Positions 1-10,704 of a stretch of DNA of 57,123 bases are shown piece after piece. The position numbers and the translations under genes were made by a program. The stretch's first letter is position 1. Each line of letters opens with the position of its first letter. The stretch spans positions 118,403,010 through 118,460,132 of the forward strand of contig NC_068982.1 in assembly GCF_001194135.2 (NCBI RefSeq). The letters run 5' to 3'. The stretch is from Octopus bimaculoides (taxonomy: Eukaryota). The notes beneath the pieces were generated by a model. The model ran no database searches, was not told the DNA's origin, and saw only the letters and a list, made by a program, of their open reading frames with translations.

Positions 1-50
1 ATACATATGTATACATAAACTTATGCATATACATATATATGTGTGTGTGT

Positions 51-250
51 GGAGGCGCAATGTCCCAGTGGTTATGGCAGCAGACTCGCGGTCGGAGAAT
101 CGCGGTTTCGATTACCAGACCGGGCGTTGTGTATGGTTATTGAGCGAAAACACCTAAAGCTCCACGAGGCTCCGGTAGGGGGGGGGGATCGACCCCTGTT
201 TTACACTTACGCCCCAAATTCCTCTCACTGTTTCTTGAGTAACGCTGGCT
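51..250 (+). mobile_element. SINE family A (tRNA-derived head), 5' part
   Basis: ggaggcgcaatgtcccagtggttatggcagcagactcgcggtc...ggtttcgattaccagaccggg has Pol III A-box and B-box-like motifs; it matches the reverse complement of 2833-3186. Confidence 0.85.
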
Positions 251-293
251 AGGCTTTAAAAGGGCGAAAAAAATAGAATATATATATATATAT

Positions 294-421
294 AGGATAA
301 GCTTCTTTCAGTTTCCGTCTACTAAATTCACTCACAAGGCTATAGTCGGCCTGAGGCTATAGTAGAAGACATTTGCTCAAGGTGCCATGAAGCGAGATTG
401 AAACCGGAACCATGTGATTGA
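294..421 (-). mobile_element. SINE family B fragment
   Basis: Reverse complement matches ...ggcaccttgggcaagtgtcttctactatagcctc...gtagacggaaactgaaagaagc, as in 11803-12135 and 29626-29921. Confidence 0.85.
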
Positions 422-1259
422 GTGATTTTATTTTGCTTAACCTTGGTTTCTTTTTTGATCGACTCTCTCGTGTATTTCACAAACAGTGCAAGTAAGGAAT
501 AATATTTTACGAAATAATATTTTTGTCTTCTTTTGTCATCTTTTCTAAGTTGATACTGTACGACAAAGGTTAGATTTTGATTGCTATTTCTAGCCTTAAA
601 CAAAGTTTCCTTCGTTTGAACGTCTTGGTCTTCGCTTTTGTTCATACTCAAAGCAGGCAAGTTGTAATGCGAATGTTTACTCCGTTAACAGTGGAACATC
701 AAACCGGCACAAATAATAAATGCAGTACAAGTACAGTTACATCTCTATGTTTATCATTCTTCACAACTATTTCAACAATTTCTCCTTATTTTGTTCTTAT
801 GCGTTTTATCTTGTTTCAATCGTTTTCGTGGCCAAGATGGGACACTGTGTTAAAGGGTTTAGACCAGCAGAGGGATCAAACGACTTATTTTATTCTTTTC
901 CCAAACGGTTGGATTTACGAGCGAATACACAAGCCAAAAACGATTGTGAAAAGGTGACAGCGAGAAACAAACACAGAAATACATAGACGCAAACAACAAC
1001 ACACATTTATAGATCAATGTGTGTGCGCGACTGTACGTGTGTGCGTGTGTGTGTATGTGTGTGTGTGCATATGTGCGTACACGTAAGTATGGCTGCGTGT
1101 TTGCGACTGTGTAGATGGACAGTTAAGGATATAGATATGTTATATATGCGTATATTTCCAAATATATACTATATATTTGTATACACATATATAGCGATAC
1201 ATAAGAAGATATGTACATACATACATATATACATACACACACATAGGTACATAGATCCA

Positions 1260-1301
<42 letters not shown>

Positions 1302-1845
1302 NNNNNNNNNNNNNNNNNNNNNNNNNNNNNNNNNNNNNNNNNNNNNNNNNNNNNNNNNNNNNNNNNNNNNNNNNNNNNNNNNNNNNNNNNNNNNNNNNNN
1401 NNNNNNNNNNNNNNNNNNNNNNNNNNNNNNNNNNNNNNNNNNNNNNNNNNNNNNNNNNNNNNNNNNNNNNNNNNNNNNNNNNNNNNNNNNNNNNNNNNNN
1501 NNNNNNNNNNNNNNNNNNNNNNNNNNNNNNNNNNNNNNNNNNNNNNNNNNNNNNNNNNNNNNNNNNNNNNATATATATAGGTACATACATACAAACATAT
1601 ATATATATATGAACGTACAATCATATATAGATAGATAGATAGATAGATAGATACATACATACATACATACATGTAATTGCCTTTCTCACTTTCTATTTTC
1701 GTGTATGCATGAACAGAGCTGTAGTAGGCGGCATTTATCCAAGGCGTCAAGGTGTTGCGGAGCAGCTTTGCGCTTGAAGCCACGTGTTTGTCAAAAGGAC
1801 TACAAAGCTAGAAATACTGTATGAAGATACATATATACATATATG

Positions 1846-1884
<39 letters not shown>

Positions 1885-1903
1885 ATACACACACACACAC
1901 ACA

Positions 1904-1952
<49 letters not shown>

Positions 1953-2029
1953 AGACCGGGTAATGTTGTTTATGGAAAACCAGCAGTCGGCCATGCATAC
2001 TAGCCTCCTCTCTCCACGCCACCAGTGTT

Positions 2030-2210
2030 ATCCAACGTGGGGGGGGAGGGGGCAAAGGCCGATATAGCTTGCCACCAGAGACGTCGCAAGTCATTTCTCC
2101 AACATGAAATCAAGTGTCTTATTCAAGAACGCAACACGCAGCCCGAACTGGGAATCGAACTCACTACATCATGACTGTGAGCCCGACGACCCTCTAGCCA
2201 CTGAGCCATT
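2030..2210 (-). mobile_element. SINE family E (tRNA-like head) fragment
   Basis: Minus strand tggctcagtggctagagg...gagttcgattcccagttcgggctgcgtgttgcgttcttgaataagacactt; the head resembles 25750-26035. Confidence 0.7.
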
Positions 2211-2832
2211 CACTTTCACATACACACACACACACACACACACACGCACATACATACATACATACATACATCTTCAACATTATCATCACCGCTATCTTCT
2301 NNNNNNNNNNNNNNNNNNNNNNNNNNNNNNNNNNNNNNNNNNNNNNNNNNNNNNNNNNNNNNNNNNNNNNNNNNNNNNNNNNNNNNNNNNNNNNNNNNNN
2401 NNNNNNNNNNNNNNNNNNNNNNNNNNNNNNNNNNNNNNNNNNNNNNNNNNNNNNNNNNNNNNNNNNNNNNNNNNNNNNNNNNNNNNNNNNNNNNNNNNNN
2501 NNNNNNNNNNNNNNNNNNNNNNNNNNNNNNNNNNNNNNNNNNNNNNNNNNNNNNNNNNNNNNNNNNNNNNNNNNNNNNNNNNNNNNNNNNNNNNNNNNNN
2601 NNNNNNNNNNNNNNNNNNNNNNNNNNNNNNNNNNNNNNNNNNNNNNNNNNNNNNNNNNNNNNNNNNNNNNNNNNNNNNNNNNNNNNNNNNNNNNNNNNNN
2701 NNNNNNNNNNNNNNNNNNNNNNNNNNNNNNNNNNNNNNNNNNNNNNNNNNNNNNNNNNNNNNNNNNNNNNNNNNNNNNNNNNNNNNNNNNNNNNNNNNNN
2801 NNNNNNNNNNNNNNNNNNNNNNNNNNNNNNNN

Positions 2833-3186
2833 CGGGGTTTCCAATTGATCCGACCAACTGAACAGCCTGCTCGTGAAATTAACGTGCAAGTGGCTGAGCA
2901 CTCCACAGACACGTGTACCCTTAACGTAGTTCTCGGGGATATTCAGCGTGACACAGTGTGACAAGGTTGACCCTTTGAATTACAGGTACAACAGAAACAG
3001 GAAGTAAGAGTGAGTGAAAGTTGTGGTGGAAGAGTACAGCAGGGTTCGCCACCATCCCCTGCCGGTGCCTCGTGGAGCTTTAGGTGTTTTCGCTCAATAA
3101 ACACTCACAACGCCCGGTCTGGGAATCGAAACCGCGATCCTATGACAGCGAGTCCGCTGCCCTAACCACTGGGCCATTGAGCCTCC
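2833..3186 (-). mobile_element. SINE family A, near full length (3' end runs into a gap)
   Basis: Minus strand ggaggctcaatggcccagtggttagggcagcggactcgctgtcataggatcgcggtttcgattcccagaccggg...; A-box and B-box present; homologous to 51-250. Confidence 0.9.
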
Positions 3187-3279
3187 ACTTATACACAGGA
3201 ATACAAGGAAATTAAAACATGTAAAGTGATTGTGAGAAATATGAATATATTTAACACGCACACGGCACATGTCTGTGAA

Positions 3280-3319
<40 letters not shown>

Positions 3320-4124
3320 TCTCTCTCTCTCTNNNNNNNNNNNNNNNNNNNNNNNNNNNNNNNNNNNNNNNNNNNNNNNNNNNNNNNNNNNNNNNNNNNN
3401 NNNNNNNNNNNNNNNNNNNNNNNNNNNNNNNNNNNNNNNNNNNNNNNNNNNNNNNNNNNNNNNNNNNNNNNNNNNNNNNNNNNNNNNNNNNNNNNNNNNN
3501 NNNNNNNNNNNNNNNNNNNNNNNNNNNNNNNNNNNNNNNNNNNNNNNNNNNNNNNNNNNNNNNNNNNNNNNNNNNNNNNNNNNNNNNNNNNNNNNNNNNN
3601 NNNNNNNNNNNNNNNNNNNNNNNNNNNNNNNNNNNNNNNNNNNNNNNNNNNNNNNNNNNNNNNNNNNNNNNNNNNNNNNNNNNNNNNNNNNNNNNNNNNN
3701 NNNNNNNNNNNNNNNNNNNNNNNNNNNNNNNNNNNNNNNNNNNNNNNNNNNNNNNNNNNNNNNNNNNNNNNNNNNNNNNNNNNNNNNNNNNNNNNNNNNN
3801 NNNNNNNNNNNNNNNNNNNNNNNNNNNNNNNNNNNNNNNNNNNNNNNNNNNNNNNNNNNNNNNNNNNNNNNNNNNNNNNNNNNNNNNNNNNNNNNNNNNN
3901 NNNNNNNNNNNNNNNNNNNNNNNNNNNNNNNNNNNNNNNNNNNNNNNNNNNNNNNNNNNNNNNNNNNNNNNNNNNNNNNNNNNNNNNNNNNNNNNNNNNN
4001 NNNNNNNNNNNNNNNNNNNNNNNNNNNNNNNNNNNNNNNNNNNNNNNNNNNNNNNNNNNNNNNNNNNNNNNNNNNTATATATATATATATATGCATGTGT
4101 ATGGTGTGTGGCGTGTATATGTGT

Positions 4125-4265
4125 ATAGTGGCTATCTGGTAAGAAGTTTGCTTCTTTGCCTCAAATATTCATGTTCAGTCCCATTGTGAGGTCGGCATGG
4201 TTGTCTTCTTCTATAGCCTCGAGCTATCGAAGACTTGTGGCTGGATTTGGAAGACGGAAGTCCAT
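4125..4265 (+). mobile_element. Degenerate SINE family B
   Basis: gtggctatctggtaagaagtttgctt...gttcagtcccattg...tcttcttctatagcctcg...ggatttggaagacggaa. Confidence 0.7.
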
Positions 4266-4659
4266 GTACAAGTCTTCGATTTGCTCGAGGCTAAAGTAGA
4301 AATAATTTTCCCAGGGTGTCACAAAGTGAGACGGAACCCGAAAGCATGGAACTGGAAACCAACGTCTTACCACACGGCCACTGTATATAAATGTATAATG
4401 ATAATTGATTAAATAACCAGCAGATGGAATTGGTATTAATTTTCATTTTGTACAATGATAGTTTCTACCCATACTGCTACTGGCTCTGAAGGGTGGAACT
4501 CCGTTCAACATGTCCTTTTGGCAATATGGGTCACACCAAGAAACACCCATGCACACAGTGTTGTCTCGCTAAAGATCCCTAACTAGATGGTTATATAACT
4601 ATGTAAGAGCCTAATCTCAGGATCTTTAGCGAGCCATCACTTTATGTATCGATATATAC

Positions 4660-4764
4660 CTGATGTGACCTACACTGCAAAATGGATGCAACACATGTTG
4701 ATTGTAGTCCCATCCATAAAACACAGTAGCAGGATAGGTCGAAAATATTGTTTTACAAAATAAA
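4660..4764 (+). ncRNA. Hammerhead-ribozyme-like relic (type I, Penelope-like element style)
   Basis: CTGATGT (4660-4666), stem II gaccta/taggtc (4667-4672/4735-4740), GAAA (4741-4744), palindromic aatatt, AATAAA at 4759-4764. A9 is substituted and stem I is weak. Confidence 0.35.
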
Positions 4765-5029
4765 GTGTAATACCAAATCGATCGTCTGGGTACTTAATCA
4801 CTTTCCATTATCTCAACACCGCGGAGATTCTGAAGTAGATCCAAAGATAATATACCCCATCTGCAGATGACACCAGGTAGACCAACGTGTGCCAGTGCTC
4901 TACTCAACACTTCAACGCACTAATCGACATAAAACAATTGGTCCAAAATATTGAATATATATATCGTTAATGTATGATATATTCGAAAAAGAAGCACACT
5001 CTAAAGCATAGAACAGTAATGTATTTGTA

Positions 5030-5319
5030 TGTAGTTAAATCAATGTCCGCTCATAAAATGATCAATGATTTCACATCCACAAAGGGCTTACCCCACGAAC
5101 GTCTCGTCAAACACTAAACCCGAAGACAAATGTAAATGTTCACATCTGGGAGGCAGGAATCCGTTATGGTCAATTGGTCAGTAACGGACTCCTGCCTCCC
5201 AAAGGTGAGGAGTTACATTTGTCCGTTGTCGTATATCCTAACGAAACGTCAAAGGGACAAAGCCCATTGTGGATGCGAAACCATTGGTTACTCTATGACC
5301 GGACATAGGCTTAACTACA
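5030..5319. repeat. ~290-bp imperfect palindrome (foldback element)
   Basis: Outer arms match 49/60 (5030-5089 vs 5260-5319); inner arms match 36/42 (5125-5166 vs 5182-5223); 15-nt central loop. Confidence 0.9.
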
Positions 5320-5408
5320 CACACACACCACACAAACACATTAGCACATATACATACATGCATATACATGTGTATGTGTGTGTGTATAAAGAGTGGGGGA
5401 AAGATATG

Positions 5409-5439
<31 letters not shown>

Positions 5440-5645
5440 TTTTCATCTGAGCGTAATTAGAGAGGGAGAGAGAGGACAGGCATGTGCACGCTCAGATGAA
5501 AAAAAAAATATCTGATAACCCAAATAAAGGTCAACTAAACTTACTAACAAAAATAACTCCGACAAAAATATCAATAGTACAAATAGAAATAGAAAAAAAA
5601 GAACAGCAAGAATTATGTTAATAATATCCAATGTAGCGTTTGTTG

Positions 5646-5723
<78 letters not shown>

Positions 5724-5743
5724 TTATAATAATAATAATAACA

Positions 5744-6331
5744 ATGCTCTGATGCAGTATCAGGCAGCGGCTCTAAAGCGTTGATGCAGTACCAGGCAGT
5801 GGCTCTCCTGGCTCCTTATCTTAACAGATGAGAAGTTCTATCATATACATCGTTTTGCCTTTCTATAAAAGATGGGTTACAGCAAATATTCTGCTCAATA
5901 CCAGATTTGCTTGTCAGTTGTTTGACCTTAACCAGTTGAGCATGTCCCTTAGTGGTTGACGATATGCGCATCACTGATCACGAGCAGAATTGGTGGGGGA
6001 GCATCATAGCCATGTGTTGAGAGGAATTCTTTGGGGTTGGGTAATTCACCATTGAAAGCATGGGAGTGTCATTCAACATTCTTGAGCAAACCTAATTCAG
6101 GGACATTTTGAGCGGGATGGGCTACTTCACCTGAAGAAAATTCTAACTGGGCCCCATTGACAAGGTCACGCGCTATTTATCTTGATATGAGATCACCTTG
6201 TCGAGTACATGTGGTTGTGATGCACGTTCCTGGTGTACCTTCATCAAACAGGGAGTCATGATGGGTAAACTGGGCATTGTATATTTTATCTTAGTGTCAA
6301 TTTGATGGCATGCACTGCTCTCTCACTCAAT
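5744..6331 (+). mobile_element. ~570-bp interspersed element (family D) between (AAT)n tracts
   Basis: Homologous along its length to the reverse complement of 37488-38054; flanked by (AAT)n on both sides; no tRNA head and no ORF. Confidence 0.8.
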
Positions 6332-6332
6332 C

Positions 6333-6376
<44 letters not shown>

Positions 6377-6377
6377 C

Positions 6378-6575
6378 ATAATACCGACCAGAAACTACCA
6401 TGGATCTAACCCCTCGTGCAGAATTTACGGAAAATTCACTGACACAATTGATCATGCTTTTTCTTGCCACCCGGTCCTCACTGAAAGGTTGCACCTCATA
6501 AGACATGACAGATTAGGGCAGTACATCCACTGGAATGCTTGTAAATACTACAAAATTAATTCCCATAGTAACATA
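6378..6575 (+). pseudogene. R4/Dong-clade non-LTR retrotransposon fragment (zinc-knuckle region)
   Basis: Translates IPTRNYHGSNPSCRIYGKFTDTIDHAFSCHPVLTERLHLIRHDRLGQYIHWNACKYY, matching the CxxC-H-C / RHD motif upstream of the REL endonuclease. Confidence 0.8.
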
Positions 6576-6845
6576 TGCAACAGCAACTCTCAGCAGACAG
6601 AAGAAGCTGTAGCAAGAATTTCGTCTTCAGTATTTATAGATTTCACTCACGCACATGTACACACACACATACACACACTCATAGACACATTCATACACAC
6701 ACTCATAGACAAACATACACACACACACACACACACGCACACACACACACACACTCACAGGCACAAACTAACTTCTGTTTGTAGAGAAGTATCACAAGTA
6801 AATAAGAAACTGCAGCCAGGGGCATACATTTAGACCTCTATACTA

Positions 6846-7126
6846 TTTCTTCTTCTTCTTCTTCTCCTTCTTCTTCTTCTTCTTCTTCTTCTTCTTCTTC
6901 TCCTTCTTCTTCTTCTTCTTCTTCTTCTTCTTCTTCTTCTTCTTCTTCTTCTTCTTCTTCTTCTTCTTCTTCTTCTTCTTCTTCTTCTTCTTCTTCTTCT
7001 TCTTCTTCTTCTTCTCGTGCTCTTCCTCCTCCATGCTGTTGCTTTTGTTATTGTATTTCGTCCCATTAACATTGCCCTCATGTTTCCGGTCCTTGTGGCC
7101 AATAAATCATCACCATACTACTACTA

Positions 7127-7175
<49 letters not shown>

Positions 7176-7389
7176 TACTACTACTACTACTTAAGTGTCC
7201 TTAAATTGTGAGAATTTATTCCAAACATTTTCCTTTATTAATTAAAAAATATTAATTTAATTGTCAATAAATTTCCATATTTTCCCCAAATTTTATGACG
7301 TTTATTTTATTCCCCATGTTTAAGTATTTGAATTTGTCTTAGTCTTCGGTGTTACGTCTCCATCGTCACCGTTGACCCCATGGTGGTTG

Positions 7390-7433
<44 letters not shown>

Positions 7434-7530
7434 GCCGTCGTCGACGTCAGAATCATCTTCGACGTTGTCATCATCATCATCATCAAGAGTGTTATCATCA
7501 TCCCCATCATTGTCATCATCATCAATATTC
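6846..7530. repeat. Microsatellite cluster (TTC)n, (TAC)n, (CAT)n
   Basis: Visible directly; source of the poly-K, poly-R, poly-Y and poly-M ORFs. Confidence 0.95.
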
Positions 7531-7828
7531 GTTTCAACTGAGCATTGCGAAATTTGTTGGTAAACTTCAAAGGAACAGAAATATCAAAATAACCATTGAA
7601 GTACGGAATTTTAAAGTCAAAAATAAAACATCAATAATAATAGTAACAACAATAATAAAAAGCAATAATGAGAAATTACGCAAAAATATTTTAAAATGAA
7701 AAATAACACAATAAATATGCAATATAAACAAATATATGAAGCTGGGAAAAAGTGAAGAGAAAAAGAAATATACTTTTGATGACAATCTGTGAAGTGTTTT
7801 ATGTGTTTGCAAATGAATACAAATTACA

Positions 7829-7829
<1 letters not shown>

Positions 7830-7882
<53 letters not shown>

Positions 7883-7996
7883 GCTGCTGCTGCCGCTGAT
7901 GATGATGTTGATGATAATGTCAATACTACTACTATTACTACTACTACAACCACTAATACTAATGCTACTAATACTATTATATGTCCTCCTCGCCAT

Positions 7997-8041
<45 letters not shown>

Positions 8042-8130
8042 CAGCTGCTTCTGCCACTGCAGCTAATGGTGATATCAATAATAATAAGAATAACAATAAT
8101 AATAATATTATTATTATTATTAATAATCTT
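7830..8130. repeat. Microsatellites (TAC)n, (TAG)n, (AAT)n, (ATT)n
   Basis: Visible directly. Confidence 0.95.
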
Positions 8131-8689
8131 TAGAACAACAACAACACCTACAACAACACTTATACCAATAATAATAATAAAAATAATAAATAGGTTTAGG
8201 CCACAGGTGCCTCATATACATAAAATAAATTTTGTTTCATAAAAAGGTGAGAAACATGCTTAAATATATAAGACAATAACAAGTAGAACGTCAATAATAA
8301 CAATTTGCTTTCATTGTTAGCCACAAGAGTATGATTGCGTTTTCCATCCCCATACTTACCAGTATTAACTGTTTCGAACTAAGACACAAAGCCAGCCATT
8401 TTGAGTTGTCAAACCATAAAAAGCAATAAAATAAAAGTACTATATTTAGTCATTCCCGTAAAGATGAAATGCAAAATTGACCATGGTGGAATTTTAATAT
8501 GGAACAAAAAGAACCGAAAAGGAACGCATTTTTACAAAGCTCCAACGATTTTGCCTGCTCATGTTTGCACGCGATATCTAACTTTAAAGAGGGAGTATAT
8601 CGGTGAGGTCGTTCCCAAGTACATGGGTGGGTCTTTATTCATCAGCTTTGAAATAATTCTTCCTAATTATGGTAGATGATCAAGAAATT

Positions 8690-8850
8690 TGAAGAACTGG
8701 CAATTCGGTTATATTGAACTCACTGAGTAACTGGTACTTATTTTATTGACACCGAAAAGAGGAAACACAAAAATCCTGCTCGGTTGAATTAGAACTCAGA
8801 ACAGAAAGAGCCGGAAGAAATGCTGCTAAGCATTTTGTCCGGCTAACGAA
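8690..8850 (-). mobile_element. Degenerate SINE family C
   Basis: actggtacttattttattgacaccgaaa...gaattagaactcagaac...gaaatgctgctaagcattttgtccggctaac is the reverse complement of the SINE-C head and core. Confidence 0.75.
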
Positions 8851-9499
8851 CGTGCAAGCTCGCATACAAACAAGGTATTTAATGTGAAAGGAGCATTCCG
8901 TCGATAAAATCGCCCCCAGAATTTCTTGATCGTGATTTACTTAAACAGTCTTCAAATAATAAATGGCTAAGTTCACATCAATTTGTATTGAACTCGGTAC
9001 ATAAAGTGATAATACTACGTATGGTGACAACTGTCCGATGAGTGTGCGATCCTACCAATTATCGTTCAGTAACAACGGCCGTTTTTTTTATTCTCTATTC
9101 TCTTCAGCAAAGACGCAAAGATATTTGTAAGAAGAAAACAATAGTATACAATGCAGATGGGTAGTTCACATAAAACTATGGAAAAATCGCAGGAACAATT
9201 ATAAGTAATTCTTTTATTCGCCATAAGTGCATCGACTGGAGGATACTGTAAAATGATTTGTAAAAAAAAGACAAAACAATGAAATGCCAATGCATATATA
9301 TGAGCCGTAATAAACAATATGAAATCACAGCAATGATATTGATATTGACATTATTTATGCAACAAAGGCAACGAAATGAAAAAATAAACATTACATAACA
9401 GTAACGATACATGTTTCTTTAATTTTTGCAGCAAAATAAACGGAAGTATTTAAGAAGATAGCCTACAAAATGGTAACAATGTGAACAACAGTAGCACCA

Positions 9500-9705
9500 G
9501 CTCCACTGCCGCTAGGCCAGCATCACCACCATCACCGCCGCCAGCATCATCACCACCACCGCCACCATCACGACTACGACCACAACCAATACCACTACCT
9601 CCACCACCACCACCACCACTACCCCCACTACCGCCACCACCACCACCACCACCACAACAACAACAACAATAACAGCAACAACGTCAACAACAAAAACAAC
9701 AACAA
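9500..9705. repeat. Mixed (CCA)n/(CAA)n microsatellite
   Basis: Visible directly; source of the poly-Pro ORF 9481-9672. Confidence 0.9.
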
Positions 9706-10009
9706 AAAGCGTAAGAAATTAGAATTATACACGACANNNNNNNNNNNNNNNNNNNNNNNNNNNNNNNNNNNNNNNNNNNNNNNNNNNNNNNNNNNNNNNN
9801 NNNNNNNNNNNNNNNNNNNNNNNNNNNNNNNNNNNNNNNNNNNNNNNNNNNNNNNNNNNNNNNNNNNNNNNNNNNNTATATATGCGGCAACGTCTGCGAG
9901 AAAAAGACCACCATGACACATTTAACTCTGCCAGAAATTTGGAGACGACATTGTGTACTGCTTGGTATTCGCGCTGTAAATAATAAAAATTGCGCTGAGA
10001 GTTATAAAA

Positions 10010-10610
10010 ATCAAACATCCAGTCAGCATCATAGTGTTTGGAGTGATCGCTAGTGAGATGGTGATGTTATACTCCCATTCAACGTCCTACACATCCTCAA
10101 ACACAACACTGAGGCCCACATCAAGAGCCTGGAGAAGGTAGTGCTGCTCTGTGTCAAGTGAGTGGTTGCTAGAAGACCCTATGTCGGGCCACATAAATCT
10201 GCACTGTCACAAAAGCGACAGAACCCACACATGGCTGTTAGACAATTTCTGCGACCACATCACCCCTAAGTTTTAGCTATCTAAATTTGGCTATCTAACT
10301 CCTCAAACTGCAGCCCCCCTTCATTGTTATGTGTGACACGCAGTTGAGCGAGAGATCAACAAAGCTTCTTGTAAAACCAAAGATGAACTGGAGGCAAGGA
10401 CTATGGCAACTTCCATCAACTTACATAAGGAGACATTCTAGAAGATTTGCAAGAGATTCCGATGTCATCTAGAAGCCGTGGTTGAAGCCAATGACAATGT
10501 TATTGAAGAAATTTAATCTTTAGTATCTCAAGATATGTTTATGTAATTTTGGTAAATATATCTGTAAATATATCTGTCAGAATTATTTTCAGTTTATTCA
10601 CCGCACCATT
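10010..10610 (+). pseudogene. Decayed IS630-Tc1-mariner transposase, C-terminal half plus 3' end (maT/DD37D-like)
   Basis: Frameshifted translation IKHPVSIIVFGVIAS-DGDVILPF...HNTEAHIKSLEKVVL...RRPYV...CHKSDRTHTWLLDNFCDHITPKF...SSNCSPLHCYV*HAVEREINK...KDELEARTM...KRFRCHLEAVVEANDNVIEEI*; multiple stops and frameshifts. Confidence 0.85.
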
Positions 10611-10661
10611 TATGTGTGTGTTTGTGTGTGTGCATTCATAGTTATGTCTATCTATCTATCT

Positions 10662-10704
<43 letters not shown>

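Noticed and set aside
51-125. tRNA gene (also 3110-3186 and other SINE heads)
   Set aside because: A and B boxes are present, but they continue into SINE bodies and lack an acceptor stem; these are SINE heads.
5148-5200. Pre-miRNA hairpin
   Set aside because: It is only the centre of a 290-bp palindrome, too long and repeat-like for a canonical pre-miRNA without read evidence.
8350-8380. Minus-strand 19-nt microexon with a GTAAGT donor
   Set aside because: The acceptor side lies in a SINE-C tail (ctcaaaatggctggctttgtgtc...ttcgaaac); probably chance.
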